A stretch of DNA of 63,504 nt, the filler included, from Reticulomyxa filosa (taxonomy: Eukaryota > Protista > Foraminifera), in assembly GCA_000512085.1 (NCBI GenBank). It is 12 parts of 12 records of this genome, joined end to end, with 100 filler letters (N's around TTAATTAATTAA, not from the genome) between each part and the next. Parts side by side here need not be neighbours in the genome. Positions count along the whole stretch, not along the records: positions 1 to 3,410 come from ASPP01002147.1; positions 3,511 to 7,187 come from ASPP01027244.1; positions 7,288 to 9,823 come from ASPP01033828.1; positions 9,924 to 31,763 come from ASPP01006087.1; 8 more parts are not named here. One strand, given 5' to 3'. Numbering within the stretch: position 1 is the stretch's first letter; the number at the start of each line of letters is the position of its first letter. Shown here piece by piece: positions 1 to 9,944 of the stretch. Both the position numbers and the translations under genes were made by a program. Under the pieces are notes generated by a model. The model searched no databases. It was given only the letters and a program-made list of their open reading frames with translations, and had not been told where the DNA came from.

Positions 1-8
1 TCTAACCT

Positions 9-914
9 ATGAATGACCTTTGCTTCCTGCCTTGGATCTCTTATCTCATTAAAATAGTTTATAAAACTCTTATTGCTTGATGGCATATAACCTCTCTTTT
101 GGTTTATACCTCTATGCTTCTACTTTCCTCTCTTTTTCTCAACTATTTTGTATTTATTTCATCCGATCGCCCTGCTGGAGATACTGCCTTTACTTTAACA
201 GAAAAGACCAACAATAAACACATTAAAGATTTGTTGTCGATAGAAACAAATCGACTTTAAATCAAGGGCTTTTACCTTTAAAAGAAGTCGAACTCAAAGA
301 TAATATAAGTACTCAAGAGCAACCCGTTACTACAAATTCTACTAAAGATATAGAGGCCCTCCCCTAGCTTAAAGAAACAAAGTAATTAGAATGAATCTAT
401 TGTAATTATTGAAAAGCCGCAAGATGAGAACGATCAAAATATAAGTAATAATCTACAGCCATTGAAAGATGAAAGTTTTTATTTAGAGCATTATTTAAGA
501 CAAGTTTCGCTTAATCCTACTCTGGTAGAAGAAGGACAAAAGAAAGGAAAGAAAATTACCGTTATTAATGCTGAAAAAATTGCTGATAATATCGATGAAG
601 ATAACCTTACTGATGATTTTCTTGAAACTATATAAAAAGAAGATGAATCAAATTATTTGGCTCAAATATCAGGTTTCAAAAACGAAAGCGAGCTAAACCG
701 AATTTGGAATCTTATTTCAAAAAATCCTAAATTCTTTGGCTTACATTTGAAAATTACTTTCAAAAAAATTAACGATATTGCACAATATATAATGTATATA
801 GGCGACTATGAAAATAGCGAGGATGTTATTACAGCTTGTAATATAGTAAAAATATATAAACAACAGCTTGAATGTAAGGTATATAATAAAGTTTTGAAAG
901 AATCGAATAATTAA
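9..914 (+). pseudogene. Degraded bacterial SPOR-domain membrane/cell-division protein gene
   Basis: ATG at 9 opens MNDLCFLPWISYLIKIVYKTLIA*WHITSLLVYTSMLLLSSLFLNYFVF (TM-like). An acidic linker follows, then a C-terminal SPOR-like segment (YLAQISGFKNESELNRIWNLISKNPKFF...YIMYIGDYENSEDVITAC, 657-914). Lesions: TGA at 78, TAG ~365, TAA ~383 and frameshifts near 258, 388 and 633. Confidence 0.55.
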
Positions 915-927
915 AATTAGGTAATAT

Positions 928-2751
928 ATGTGCGGAATTGTTGGTGTTATTAGTGCTTTCCAGGATGTTGGAGAAAGAGTTCTTCATTCAATTAAACGCT
1001 TAGAATATAGAGGATACGATTCTGCCGGAGTAGCAACTATCAATAAAACCGAATTTAGTATTTTAAAGTTAGCTGGAAAAGTTAGAGACTTAGAAATTAA
1101 TTTTAAAAAAACTCCTTTACAAGGTAAAATAGGTATAGGTCATACTCGTTGGGCAACACATGGTGCCCCCACCTACGCGAATGCCCACCCTTTAACAACT
1201 TCAAAAGTAGCTGTAGTGCATAATGGAATTATTGAAAATTATGCAGATATAAAACAAATGTTGATTAGCAAAGGGTATAAATTTGATGGTGAAACTGATA
1301 CTGAGGTTTTAACTAAGTTGATCCATTTTCATTTGGATGTAGGCAAAAACCCTTATGAAGCTACTCATTTAGCAGCAGTTGAAGCTAAAGGTCTTTTTGC
1401 CTTTGTTGCTATGTTTCTTGAATCTCCTAATAAATTAATTGGTGTAAAAAAAGGATTACCTCTAGCGATAGGTATCGGAGAAAATGAAATGTATTTTGGT
1501 TCAGATGCGTTTGCACTTTTTCCATTCACAAATAAAATTGTTTATCTTAGTGATGAAGAGATTGCATCTATAACTCCTACTTCATACAAAGTTTATGATT
1601 TAAATCATCAAGAAATTCAAAAGGATATTAAGCTCATATCAATCCAAGATGCAGAAGGTAAACAACATTTTGATCATTACATGCTCAAAGAAATTTATGA
1701 ACAACCAAGAGTTATTGTTCAATGTTTTGATAAATACTACGATTTAACCACTAAAAATTTAAATTTTAATAACATCAATATTGATTGGAATAAAGTTAAC
1801 AAGATATTCATTATTGCCTGTGGTACTTCTTATTATGCAGGATTGATAGCAAAAAATTGGTTCGAAAAAAATTGTAAAATTAATGTTGATGTTGATATAG
1901 CTTCTGAGTTTCGCTTAAGAGATACAATCATTGACCCATCAAGTGTATTTATTTTTATTTCTCAATCTGGAGAAACTGCTGATACTTTAGCTTCGTTAAA
2001 ATTTATAAAAGAGAAAGGCTTTAAAACAATCTCTATATTAAACGTAGTGGAAAGCTCAATTGGTAACTTATCCGATTATATTTTACCAATTCACGCTGGA
2101 ATGGAAATTGGCGTTGCTTCAACCAAAGCATTTACTACTCAATTGATGGTTTTAGCCTTGTTATCATTGGATATAGCACATAAAAGAGGGGTTAAAAATA
2201 CCATTGACCTTGAAAAAGGACTTTTAAACTTACATGAAGTGTCGAGTAAAGTATCTGAGACCCTTAGCGCAGATGATAAAATAAAAAAACTTTCAAAATT
2301 ACTTATTGATTCCAAATGTTTTATATATATAGGAAGAGGTACTTCTTATCCATTATCACTTGAAGGAGCGTTAAAGATTAAGGAAATATCATACCTCCCT
2401 GCTGAAGGAATTCCTGCTGGTGAATTAAAACACGGTTCAATCGCTTTAATTGATAACAATGTACCTGTATTTGTAATTGCCCCTTATGATAATGCATTTA
2501 CTAAAACAGCATCAAACCTTCAAGAAGTTCATGCACGAGGAGGAAAAATAATCTTACTCAGCAACCATATCGGATGTGAAAAGCTAAAAGATTTTTGCTT
2601 TAAAACTTTTGAAATGCCTGAATGCGATGAGTATGCTTCTCCTTTAGTTTATTGTATTATATTACAACTCGTTGCTTATCATTTTGCTGTTTTAAAAGGC
2701 TGTGATGTAGATCAACCAAGGAATCTAGCAAAATCTGTAACCGTGGAATAA
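928..2751 (+). CDS. glmS: Glutamine--fructose-6-phosphate aminotransferase (isomerizing), bacterial type
   Basis: 607-aa intronless ORF with N-terminal MCGIVG nucleophile, EYRGYDSAG, GHTRWATHG, HNGIIEN, SQSGETADT, VASTKAF and C-terminal DQPRNLAKSVTVE. AGGT lies just upstream of the ATG. Confidence 0.98.
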   Translation: MCGIVGVISAFQDVGERVLHSIKRLEYRGYDSAGVATINKTEFSILKLAGKVRDLEINFKKTPLQGKIGIGHTRWATHGAPTYANAHPLTTSKVAVVHNGIIENYADIKQMLISKGYKFDGETDTEVLTKLIHFHLDVGKNPYEATHLAAVEAKGLFAFVAMFLESPNKLIGVKKGLPLAIGIGENEMYFGSDAFALFPFTNKIVYLSDEEIASITPTSYKVYDLNHQEIQKDIKLISIQDAEGKQHFDHYMLKEIYEQPRVIVQCFDKYYDLTTKNLNFNNINIDWNKVNKIFIIACGTSYYAGLIAKNWFEKNCKINVDVDIASEFRLRDTIIDPSSVFIFISQSGETADTLASLKFIKEKGFKTISILNVVESSIGNLSDYILPIHAGMEIGVASTKAFTTQLMVLALLSLDIAHKRGVKNTIDLEKGLLNLHEVSSKVSETLSADDKIKKLSKLLIDSKCFIYIGRGTSYPLSLEGALKIKEISYLPAEGIPAGELKHGSIALIDNNVPVFVIAPYDNAFTKTASNLQEVHARGGKIILLSNHIGCEKLKDFCFKTFEMPECDEYASPLVYCIILQLVAYHFAVLKGCDVDQPRNLAKSVTVE

Positions 2752-2872
2752 TTTAATCCATTTATCAAAAAATATTGTTGATAAGAAAATACTTCTTGCT
2801 TTTTTATAATATTAAGCAATCAATAATATTTATAGCTACTATTTGATATATATGTAATTTTGGAGTTGGGTA

Positions 2873-3305
2873 ATGGCAAAAGTTAGTAGTAGTGAGATAG
2901 TATCTAGATTTACGTTATCTTTGGTTGAACCAATTAAACAGGCAACTTATAGGGGAGCATGAGATGGCCTGGATGGTGCTTCGCAATATATAAGAAGCGA
3001 TAGAATTAATATGCTGCAGAAAACACATGGCAATAGATGTTATCTTGAAGGCTTAGAGGTATGTTTAACTACTATTATTACTAGCACTTTCTAGCACTTT
3101 GGAAAAGCATAATGAAATAGTTTTAAAAGCCTTTGTTACCGAGCACCCAGAATTTATTTTAAAAACAGCTAAAAGCAACCCGGAAATATTTGAAAATCAT
3201 GAAATTAGAAGGCATTGCCTTCAAGCATTACCAGTTAAAAAGAGAGATAACTTTGCAAAAAGTTTTAATTCTGAAAATGATCCAAATTCTGCTGTAAGTA
3301 GATAG
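2873..3305 (+). pseudogene. Bacterial hypothetical protein gene (~140 aa) broken by one TGA and a 10-bp duplication
   Basis: GGAG RBS at 2862, ATG at 2873, in-frame TGA at 2960-2962, tandem CTAGCACTTT x2 at 3081-3100. Removing one copy joins the 5' frame to ORF 3099-3305, which ends ...NSAVSR*. Confidence 0.7.
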
Positions 3306-3410
3306 TTATTACTAATTAATAAATAACAATATTTCACTATTAACTAACTATTTATTAACTGTAAGTTAATAGAATTTAATCTTATATATCATACCATTTC
3401 CTTGCATTCC

Positions 3411-3510
3411 NNNNNNNNNNNNNNNNNNNNNNNNNNNNNNNNNNNNNNNNNNNNTTAATTAATTAANNNNNNNNNNNNNNNNNNNNNNNNNNNNNNNNNN
3501 NNNNNNNNNN
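3411..3510. other. Artificial contig-joining linker (N44-TTAATTAATTAA-N44; stops in all six frames)
   Basis: Identical 100-nt spacers at 3411-3510, 7188-7287, 9824-9923, 31764-31863, 36577-36676, 42728-42827, 47387-47486, 56018-56117, 57212-57311, 58507-58606 and 62089-62188. Adjacency across them has no biological meaning. Confidence 0.99.
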
Positions 3511-6500
3511 GTAATAGATTGGACAGCAGCTTGGTGAGTTTTGTCGGTTGTAACGAAGGCTGCTTCGTTGAATTATTGATTGGTTCGTTCGTAGATTATC
3601 TCGTTGCTTGTTTTATAGGTAAGTTGCTTGATTGTTTTGTTGAAGACTTATCTCCACCAACTTTTTTCAAAAATGATACGTGCACCTCGTTTGTTCTTTT
3701 CGCCAGGCACACTAAGTCGCTCAGCGAGACAAATGCAGGGATCACTTCTTGTGACTTGTGCAATCTCATCAACTCAAACATTTGCGATTCTCCACTGCAT
3801 TCTTTTCCTAATTAAAGATTAAAAAAAAGGAAGTGACAAGAATTTGATGAATTTCATTATACGTCAGAAAAAAAATACCAAATATGTAGGCAGGAGAGTC
3901 AATAATGACATAATGACAAGTAGGACCAAGCAACCCTTAAGTTGTGCCACACTATAAACATGCTCTTCCTTTTATCGGCCCATGTAAAAGTTGTTTTGTA
4001 ATTAATTGCTTTTTTGTACAAATTGCTTAATGTCGTCTACGTCTTTCTCGTCTTGAGTTCGCATAGATGTATATTCTGTGTTTTTTTCTCTTTTTTCTAC
4101 TTTTGTAATGCCTGTCGTTTGTACATATTTGAGGATTTCTTTTATGGTCAGATTCACTGGCATTCACTTTGTTATTCGTTAGTTCAAGTTTTAATTTAGC
4201 GTATGCGCATTGGACGTTGATGTCTTTGTCTTTTAGTTGAACATAGACAACACATGATCCCATTCTATCCAAAGTCCGTTAATATAAAAATAGCATGATC
4301 CCAAACACGAAAAAACTCTCTAATTTGTTTTTTGGAGAAATTTTCGAAAAAATAGTGCGATATCCTTTTGTTGAATGAAAAAAATTATTGCTATGCATTC
4401 GACAGAAACGTAAATCAATCCAATTGAACATCACAATCAATAAACCTGAAAAATTCTTTAAAAATGTTTTATTTCCGGCAAAGGTTGACCAAGATAGATC
4501 GAAAATAAAACGACAAAACAAGTTTTACAAGGCCATTTCTACGCACAAAAAAAAGTATTTGGTTTTTGCTTTTGCCCATTTATTTATTCTGAGAATTGGG
4601 ACTGCATAGACAAGATCCATTATAATCTAACCCATTACAATTGCTGTTGCTATTGATAACATTGCTTTGTTTGGATATATGTTTGCAGCGGATGAACATT
4701 AGCATTGGTATCAGTATTCGTATTGGTGTGTGAAGAAGGATGGTTAGTACAGTTTCCTTGCTTTGGATGATCCGCACTACTACCATCACTACCACCACAG
4801 TCATGTCCATTCACGCCAGATGAAGCAGGTAATTGAATTGATATGTTTGTTGCAAATTATTATGTCAGTCTTTTTTTCTCTTTTTACTTATTGAACATAA
4901 TTATTATGTTACTTTTTTTTTCTTGCAACAATTTTATTTTTAAATATTTTTCGTAATCAAAAGATAGATTATTTCATTTTTTACTTTTTTGTGAGCATTT
5001 CCTGGTCCGATCTTTGATGTCGTCGTTCATTAATGTGTACATGTTTCACAGTATTCGAGAATGAGATGCTTGTTGTGTGCTTTTCAGGATTCACACAAGG
5101 CCTTCAGTGTATTTAATATTTATCCCAAGACACACCAACAAGGCGCATACGTCCGAATTGATAGCTTCATTGGCCACTTCTTTAAATCTACTTTCCTCAA
5201 ACAAGCGTACTTTGGTCTCTTTATTGATGTCATCTATTGTATACATGTTCAGTATGTGCGTGACCGTCACTTTGGGGTATGTAAAGTAAATCAATGTTTG
5301 AATAGCATACGTTAAGTATTGATTCCTTGTTGTATGTAAATATTGACGTTCAGTTTGAACTGTGATCATTCTAAGGAGGAGATAGTGTTCTTCATTTCAT
5401 ACTGTTTTTTACAGTTTGTAGCTTTCTTTTGTCACTGTATACACGAATAATGCACACAAATGGAGCGAATATCCGCGTGAGAGGACAATCCAATGAAAAA
5501 ATATTTTTTTAAAAAAGCAACAAGTTGTTAAGTATATATTGCATTTGTGAACCCAAAGAAAGAACTTTGATGCTTTTGGAACGATATAGGTTCAAATTAC
5601 GAAAGATTGCGGTTGTTACAAAATGCACGATAAAAAAACAATTTTTCCGTTTTTTTATCGGAGTGGAAAAACTTACCAAGGATTTTTTGTTGTTGTTGAT
5701 AATAGGAAAAAAACTTGGTTTCGAATTTTTTTATTAATTTCTACAAAATTCTTGAAACTATTTACTGTTTGCTCATTTTATAGCAAGTGTTTATTTTGTT
5801 TTTTTTTATAGGTGATTTTTAATTTGAGAATAATTTCTTGTTCATCTAAGACTTGGCAAAATTAATAAGAAAAGGGAAATAAATATTACAAGACAGCAAA
5901 AAATAGACAATGCGTTGTGTGGTAATCAATTATTCATTTTATAAGTAAGTTTGTTAAATTGTGATGTATATATAATCAGCAATTATTTTTATGTGATTAT
6001 TATATTCTGTTCATCCTTTTTTTCAAGAAAATACTTGTACGTGATTGTATCTATATGAAATTCTCGTTTCGACACATAACTGACTTGTGTGAATTTATTC
6101 TTTGTGATTATGTCCAATAGTCAATATTTTATCGCAACTGTTATACCAACTACGTTACTTCAGTTGATACTCGTTAAAATACACTTACATTAGGAATTGG
6201 TTTGTAAATAATGTTTTGGAATATCACTTGTCTACAGTCCAAGCCAATGAGTGCAAACGACTCATGCGGATACAATGCTTGGAACTGCATAATTCGACGA
6301 GACACATTTGATATCGTGTTTATTATCTCTTCGATTATTTACGACGGATATGAAACGCCAATTGCAAGTTATCTACTTCGTGAATTGCACATCGTTGATG
6401 GATAGATTGAACCATTGCATGAATGATGTGCTAGTCGACGCTTGCATAACTCCTCTCCATTCGTTGACCCTACTCGCAACAATGTGCCTTTCAACGATTA

Positions 6501-7042
6501 TTTTGCGAAATTCACACTGTCGACAATGAATTGCATGCAGTCTATCATTGGCGATTCCGATATCAAACAAATTACAGTATGATATGTTCATAAATACCGT
6601 CATGTTAATATGAAACAGCAACGCTCATCCGTTAATTTCCAGCATTGATCCAAGAGCATTTCATTGTCGTACTACACTCCAAACACAGTAGTTCCTCCAT
6701 TCTTTTCTTTCGTGGTCGACGACATCATATGGAAGTAGCTGTTGTTCGATCAACAGCACGTTCAGTCTTTGTGCGCTCACCACATTACTAATTATATTGG
6801 TCCACTTGCTGTTCTCAATGTTCACTTCTACACCGACCCGACCAAGATTCAAAACGTGTCATCTATACGAGCAGTATTATCAAACGTCTTCGTAGTGTCA
6901 TTGTACTAGTGGTAGAATTTTCAATGGTCACATTGACTAAAGTGCGTCTTCATCTTCTGACTCGCCTGCAAGAAGCAGCATTTGCTCTCGCAATTGTTGC
7001 TCTCCAGTAGTACGTACTCGCAGCTGTGGCAGTAGCGTTCAT
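3511..7042 (-). pseudogene. Heavily degraded large secreted/surface protein gene (beta-helix-like, Cys-rich, TM and PT-repeat segments)
   Basis: Minus-strand coding-like fragments broken by many stops and frameshifts: LVNVTIENSTT, VEVNIENSKWTNIISN, NCNGLDYNGSCLCSPN, hydrophobic CLVLLVIMSLLTLLP and STKQPSLQPT-type repeats. More than one gene may be involved. Confidence 0.35.
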
Positions 7043-7300
7043 ATGGATTTGCTTCACGTGTTTATATATGTATATGTATATATGTTACATACATAAACAT
7101 AAAACATACAATTTTTTTTTTGTGGCCACTCCACTTTTTTTTTAAAAAAACTGAACTAATAACATCCAAACAAGTTTGTATTGTCTGNNNNNNNNNNNNN
7201 NNNNNNNNNNNNNNNNNNNNNNNNNNNNNNNTTAATTAATTAANNNNNNNNNNNNNNNNNNNNNNNNNNNNNNNNNNNNNNNNNNNNAAAAAAAAGTTCT

Positions 7301-8297
7301 TCAACTGAATATTTTTGGAAAGATTTCAGCTTCGACAATTACTTCTGCTAAGTCTGCTGAATGTTTTGCAATTTGTGCTAATGCACTACAAGCTTGTCGT
7401 TTCAGTTTGGAATCAGGATGTTGCACTAACGATGTCAAATAAGTGACAACACCACTGTTAACAACAGCTTGAGCAAGTTCATTATTGTGTTTACTAATTT
7501 CACTCAGTGCACTCGCACTTATTCTTTTTAGTGTTAATTCTGGCTCTTGCAAACAAAGGACGATCTGTGAAATTGCTCCACTGTCAACTACAGCTTGTGC
7601 GAGTCCACTGTTATGTCGGGCAACGCACGTCAATGCCCATACTGCACCCTCTTTGACTGACGGTTCAAACTCACTCAGGCACTTCACCAAAGGTTCTAAA
7701 GCCCCTGCATCAACTACTTTTTGTGCCAGTTCTGGAGTGTGTTTTGCTACGCTTCGCGTCACAAAAGCTGCCGCTTTTTTGTGGTAGCGCTGTTTTTTAA
7801 AAAAGGGTCGTTTTTTTATTAATAACAAGACATTCGTCCCATCAAAAAGCAAGCAAAAATAGCACAAAAAGTTAACATTTTGTTCTGATAGTGAATGCAC
7901 AAGCTGTGGCAGCACTTCATTGGACACAACAGCTTCTGCCGTTGCCTCAGAGAAACTAGCTAACCTCCCCAGCGCTAATGCCGCCGACTGTGCAATGTGA
8001 ATTACAACAAATGAGAACACATGAGTCAATGCTTTACCAAAATTGAAAAAAGACAAAATCGAAACATTTTTTTGTTTAGTCTTTTTGGTCAAAATAAATG
8101 AAAAAAATGTTGAAGCTTACTTGTTGGATCGATGGGACAGTGTCCAACAGCAGTGGTCTAAGTAGAGCCATTGCACCCGCATTTTGCAATGCTTCCATAT
8201 TTTGCGATCTCATTGCCAACTCGGCTACAGTTTGCACAAACTTGGTTCGTGATGCTTGATAGTCCTCGAATATGTGAAGGACAGCCCGGGAGGCCAT
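7301..8297 (-). CDS. SPAG6: Sperm-associated antigen 6 / PF16 axonemal central-pair armadillo protein (5' part; contig ends)
   Basis: Exons 8297-8121, 7987-7877 and 7789-~7306 with GT-AG introns give MASRAVLHIFEDYQASRTKFVQTVAELA...LRPLLLDTVPSIQQSAALALGRLA...EQNRYHKKAAAFV...VKEGAVWAL...EAEIFPKI. This closely matches PF16/SPAG6. Confidence 0.95.
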
Positions 8298-9113
8298 TGA
8301 AAATATGGAGTTGTTTGAATTTGATGTTGTGTCGTAAAAAAAATAGAGTATTGGACCGACAAAACAAAAGTATTCACTTTGCTTAATTAGTTTGAATGAG
8401 CAAAAAAAATACACTCATGATTTGAATGTTCGGGTAAAAAAAGGGAGAGGTTTCGTCATGGAAAAATTTTTGGTAAATATAGCGTTTTTTAGCCGACAAA
8501 AGGGTTGTTGGAAACGATTTTTTTTTAGCATGTCTGTTCTTATCAAAATTTCACAAAGGTTTTTGCTGCTGATATTGTGCAGTGACGCCACAAGAGTGAA
8601 GAAAATATAGTGGTGTGGCAAGTGATCAATGGATTTGAAAGTATTCCTTTTTTTTTTAAGTCTCTTGTTGATAAAAAAAAATGTTTTAAAATTTGTGCTT
8701 AAATATTCTAAAACTATGTTAACGCGTAAACTGCATTTTGGCATATATCAAATATTCGTTATATTTAAGGCGCAGCCAAAAAAAGCGTACAAAAAAATAT
8801 ATTTGTATATGAGGACATATCTATCGTTTTGGTTCAGTTGCATGAACTAGCTATTTTACCAACTAACTGCTATACACTAAAAAGAGCTTGCATATGGTTG
8901 TGTCAAAGTAGACCAACATTTAGAGAACTTTAAGAGTAGATAATCTCATTTCAATGAAGAGATAAGATTAAATAAATCAAGAGACTGAGAATTGTCCATT
9001 GGTTTAAACAAACTGACTGATCTGACTTTTCAAAGGTGAAGAACCGAGACAAAAGCTAGACTTTTTTTTCCCTACCCCGTTTCATGTATAATTTGGGACC
9101 AACCAAAAATAAG

Positions 9114-9763
9114 ATGGATGAAAAACGCATTAAGGATTTAGCCCCATCACTTAAAGAAATAGTATCATCCCATTTGTTCCAATTTATATTTTAAATTGAG
9201 TGGACACCTTTTTTTTTTTTTGCGCGGTACAGGTATTTGTCGGTGTGGATGGAGGTGCAACGTCAACGCAAGTGTCAGTTATCGACTACCAAGGGAACGA
9301 ACTATCGCACCGAGTGGGTGGTTCGAGCAACCAGAACAACATTGGTTTCGAGAAGGCGTTGGAACACGTCGTATCGACAATAAACTCGGCGATAAAAGAG
9401 ACAAATGAGAAGAAGGAGCGAAGTGCGATATCTCTGTCGAAAGTGCGTGGCATTTGTCTGACATTGGCAGGATGCGATCGCCCTTCGGATAAAACAAAGT
9501 GGATCGATGGCATCAAGAGCTATTTCTCGCAAGTAGGCTGCGACACAAAAGAGGTCAATGTGGAGGTGCACAACGACAGCGTGGGTGTCTTGGCTTCGGC
9601 CTGTCCGAAAGACATGGAAGGCATCGTCGTCATCTGCGGTACCGGCTACATTGTGTGCGGTTACAAACACGGAGATTTGGATCACTCTTTCCGTGCTGGT
9701 GGTTGGGGGCCGTTGTTAGGGGATCAGTCCTCTGGCTATGCTATTGGAGAAGCGGTTCTTCGA
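9114..9763 (+). CDS. NAGK: N-acetyl-D-glucosamine kinase (BadF/BcrA-BcrD ASKHA family), 5' part
   Basis: Exon 9114-9161, GT-AG intron, exon from 9233. Motifs VFVGVDGGATST, GSSN, LAGCDRPSD, VHND, GIVVICGTG, RAGGWGPLLGDQSSGYAIG. Confidence 0.88.
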
Positions 9764-9790
9764 GTTTTGTTTTTTTTTTTTTAATACGTA

Positions 9791-9823
<33 letters not shown>

Positions 9824-9944
9824 NNNNNNNNNNNNNNNNNNNNNNNNNNNNNNNNNNNNNNNNNNNNTTAATTAATTAANNNNNNNNNNNNNNNNNNNNN
9901 NNNNNNNNNNNNNNNNNNNNNNNGGGGAAAAAAAAAAAAAAAAG

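Noticed and set aside
760-927. glmS ribozyme upstream of glmS
   Set aside because: Only 13 nt separate the upstream stop from the ATG and no ribozyme core sequence is visible.
78-2962. UGA=Trp recoding (genetic code 4) in the bacterial contig, suggested by in-frame TGA at 78 and 2960
   Set aside because: The three Trp codons of the AT-rich glmS are all TGG. Both TGA-containing genes also carry other stops or frameshifts, so nonsense mutation is the simpler explanation.
3455-3466. Recurring TTAATTAATTAA palindrome as a biological repeat or CRISPR-like element
   Set aside because: Always centred in exactly 44 N + 44 N; a synthetic six-frame-stop linker between concatenated contigs.
928-9763. 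glmS plus GlcNAc kinase as an amino-sugar gene cluster or HGT island
   Set aside because: Different contigs, two linkers apart, and different domains of life (NAGK has spliceosomal introns).
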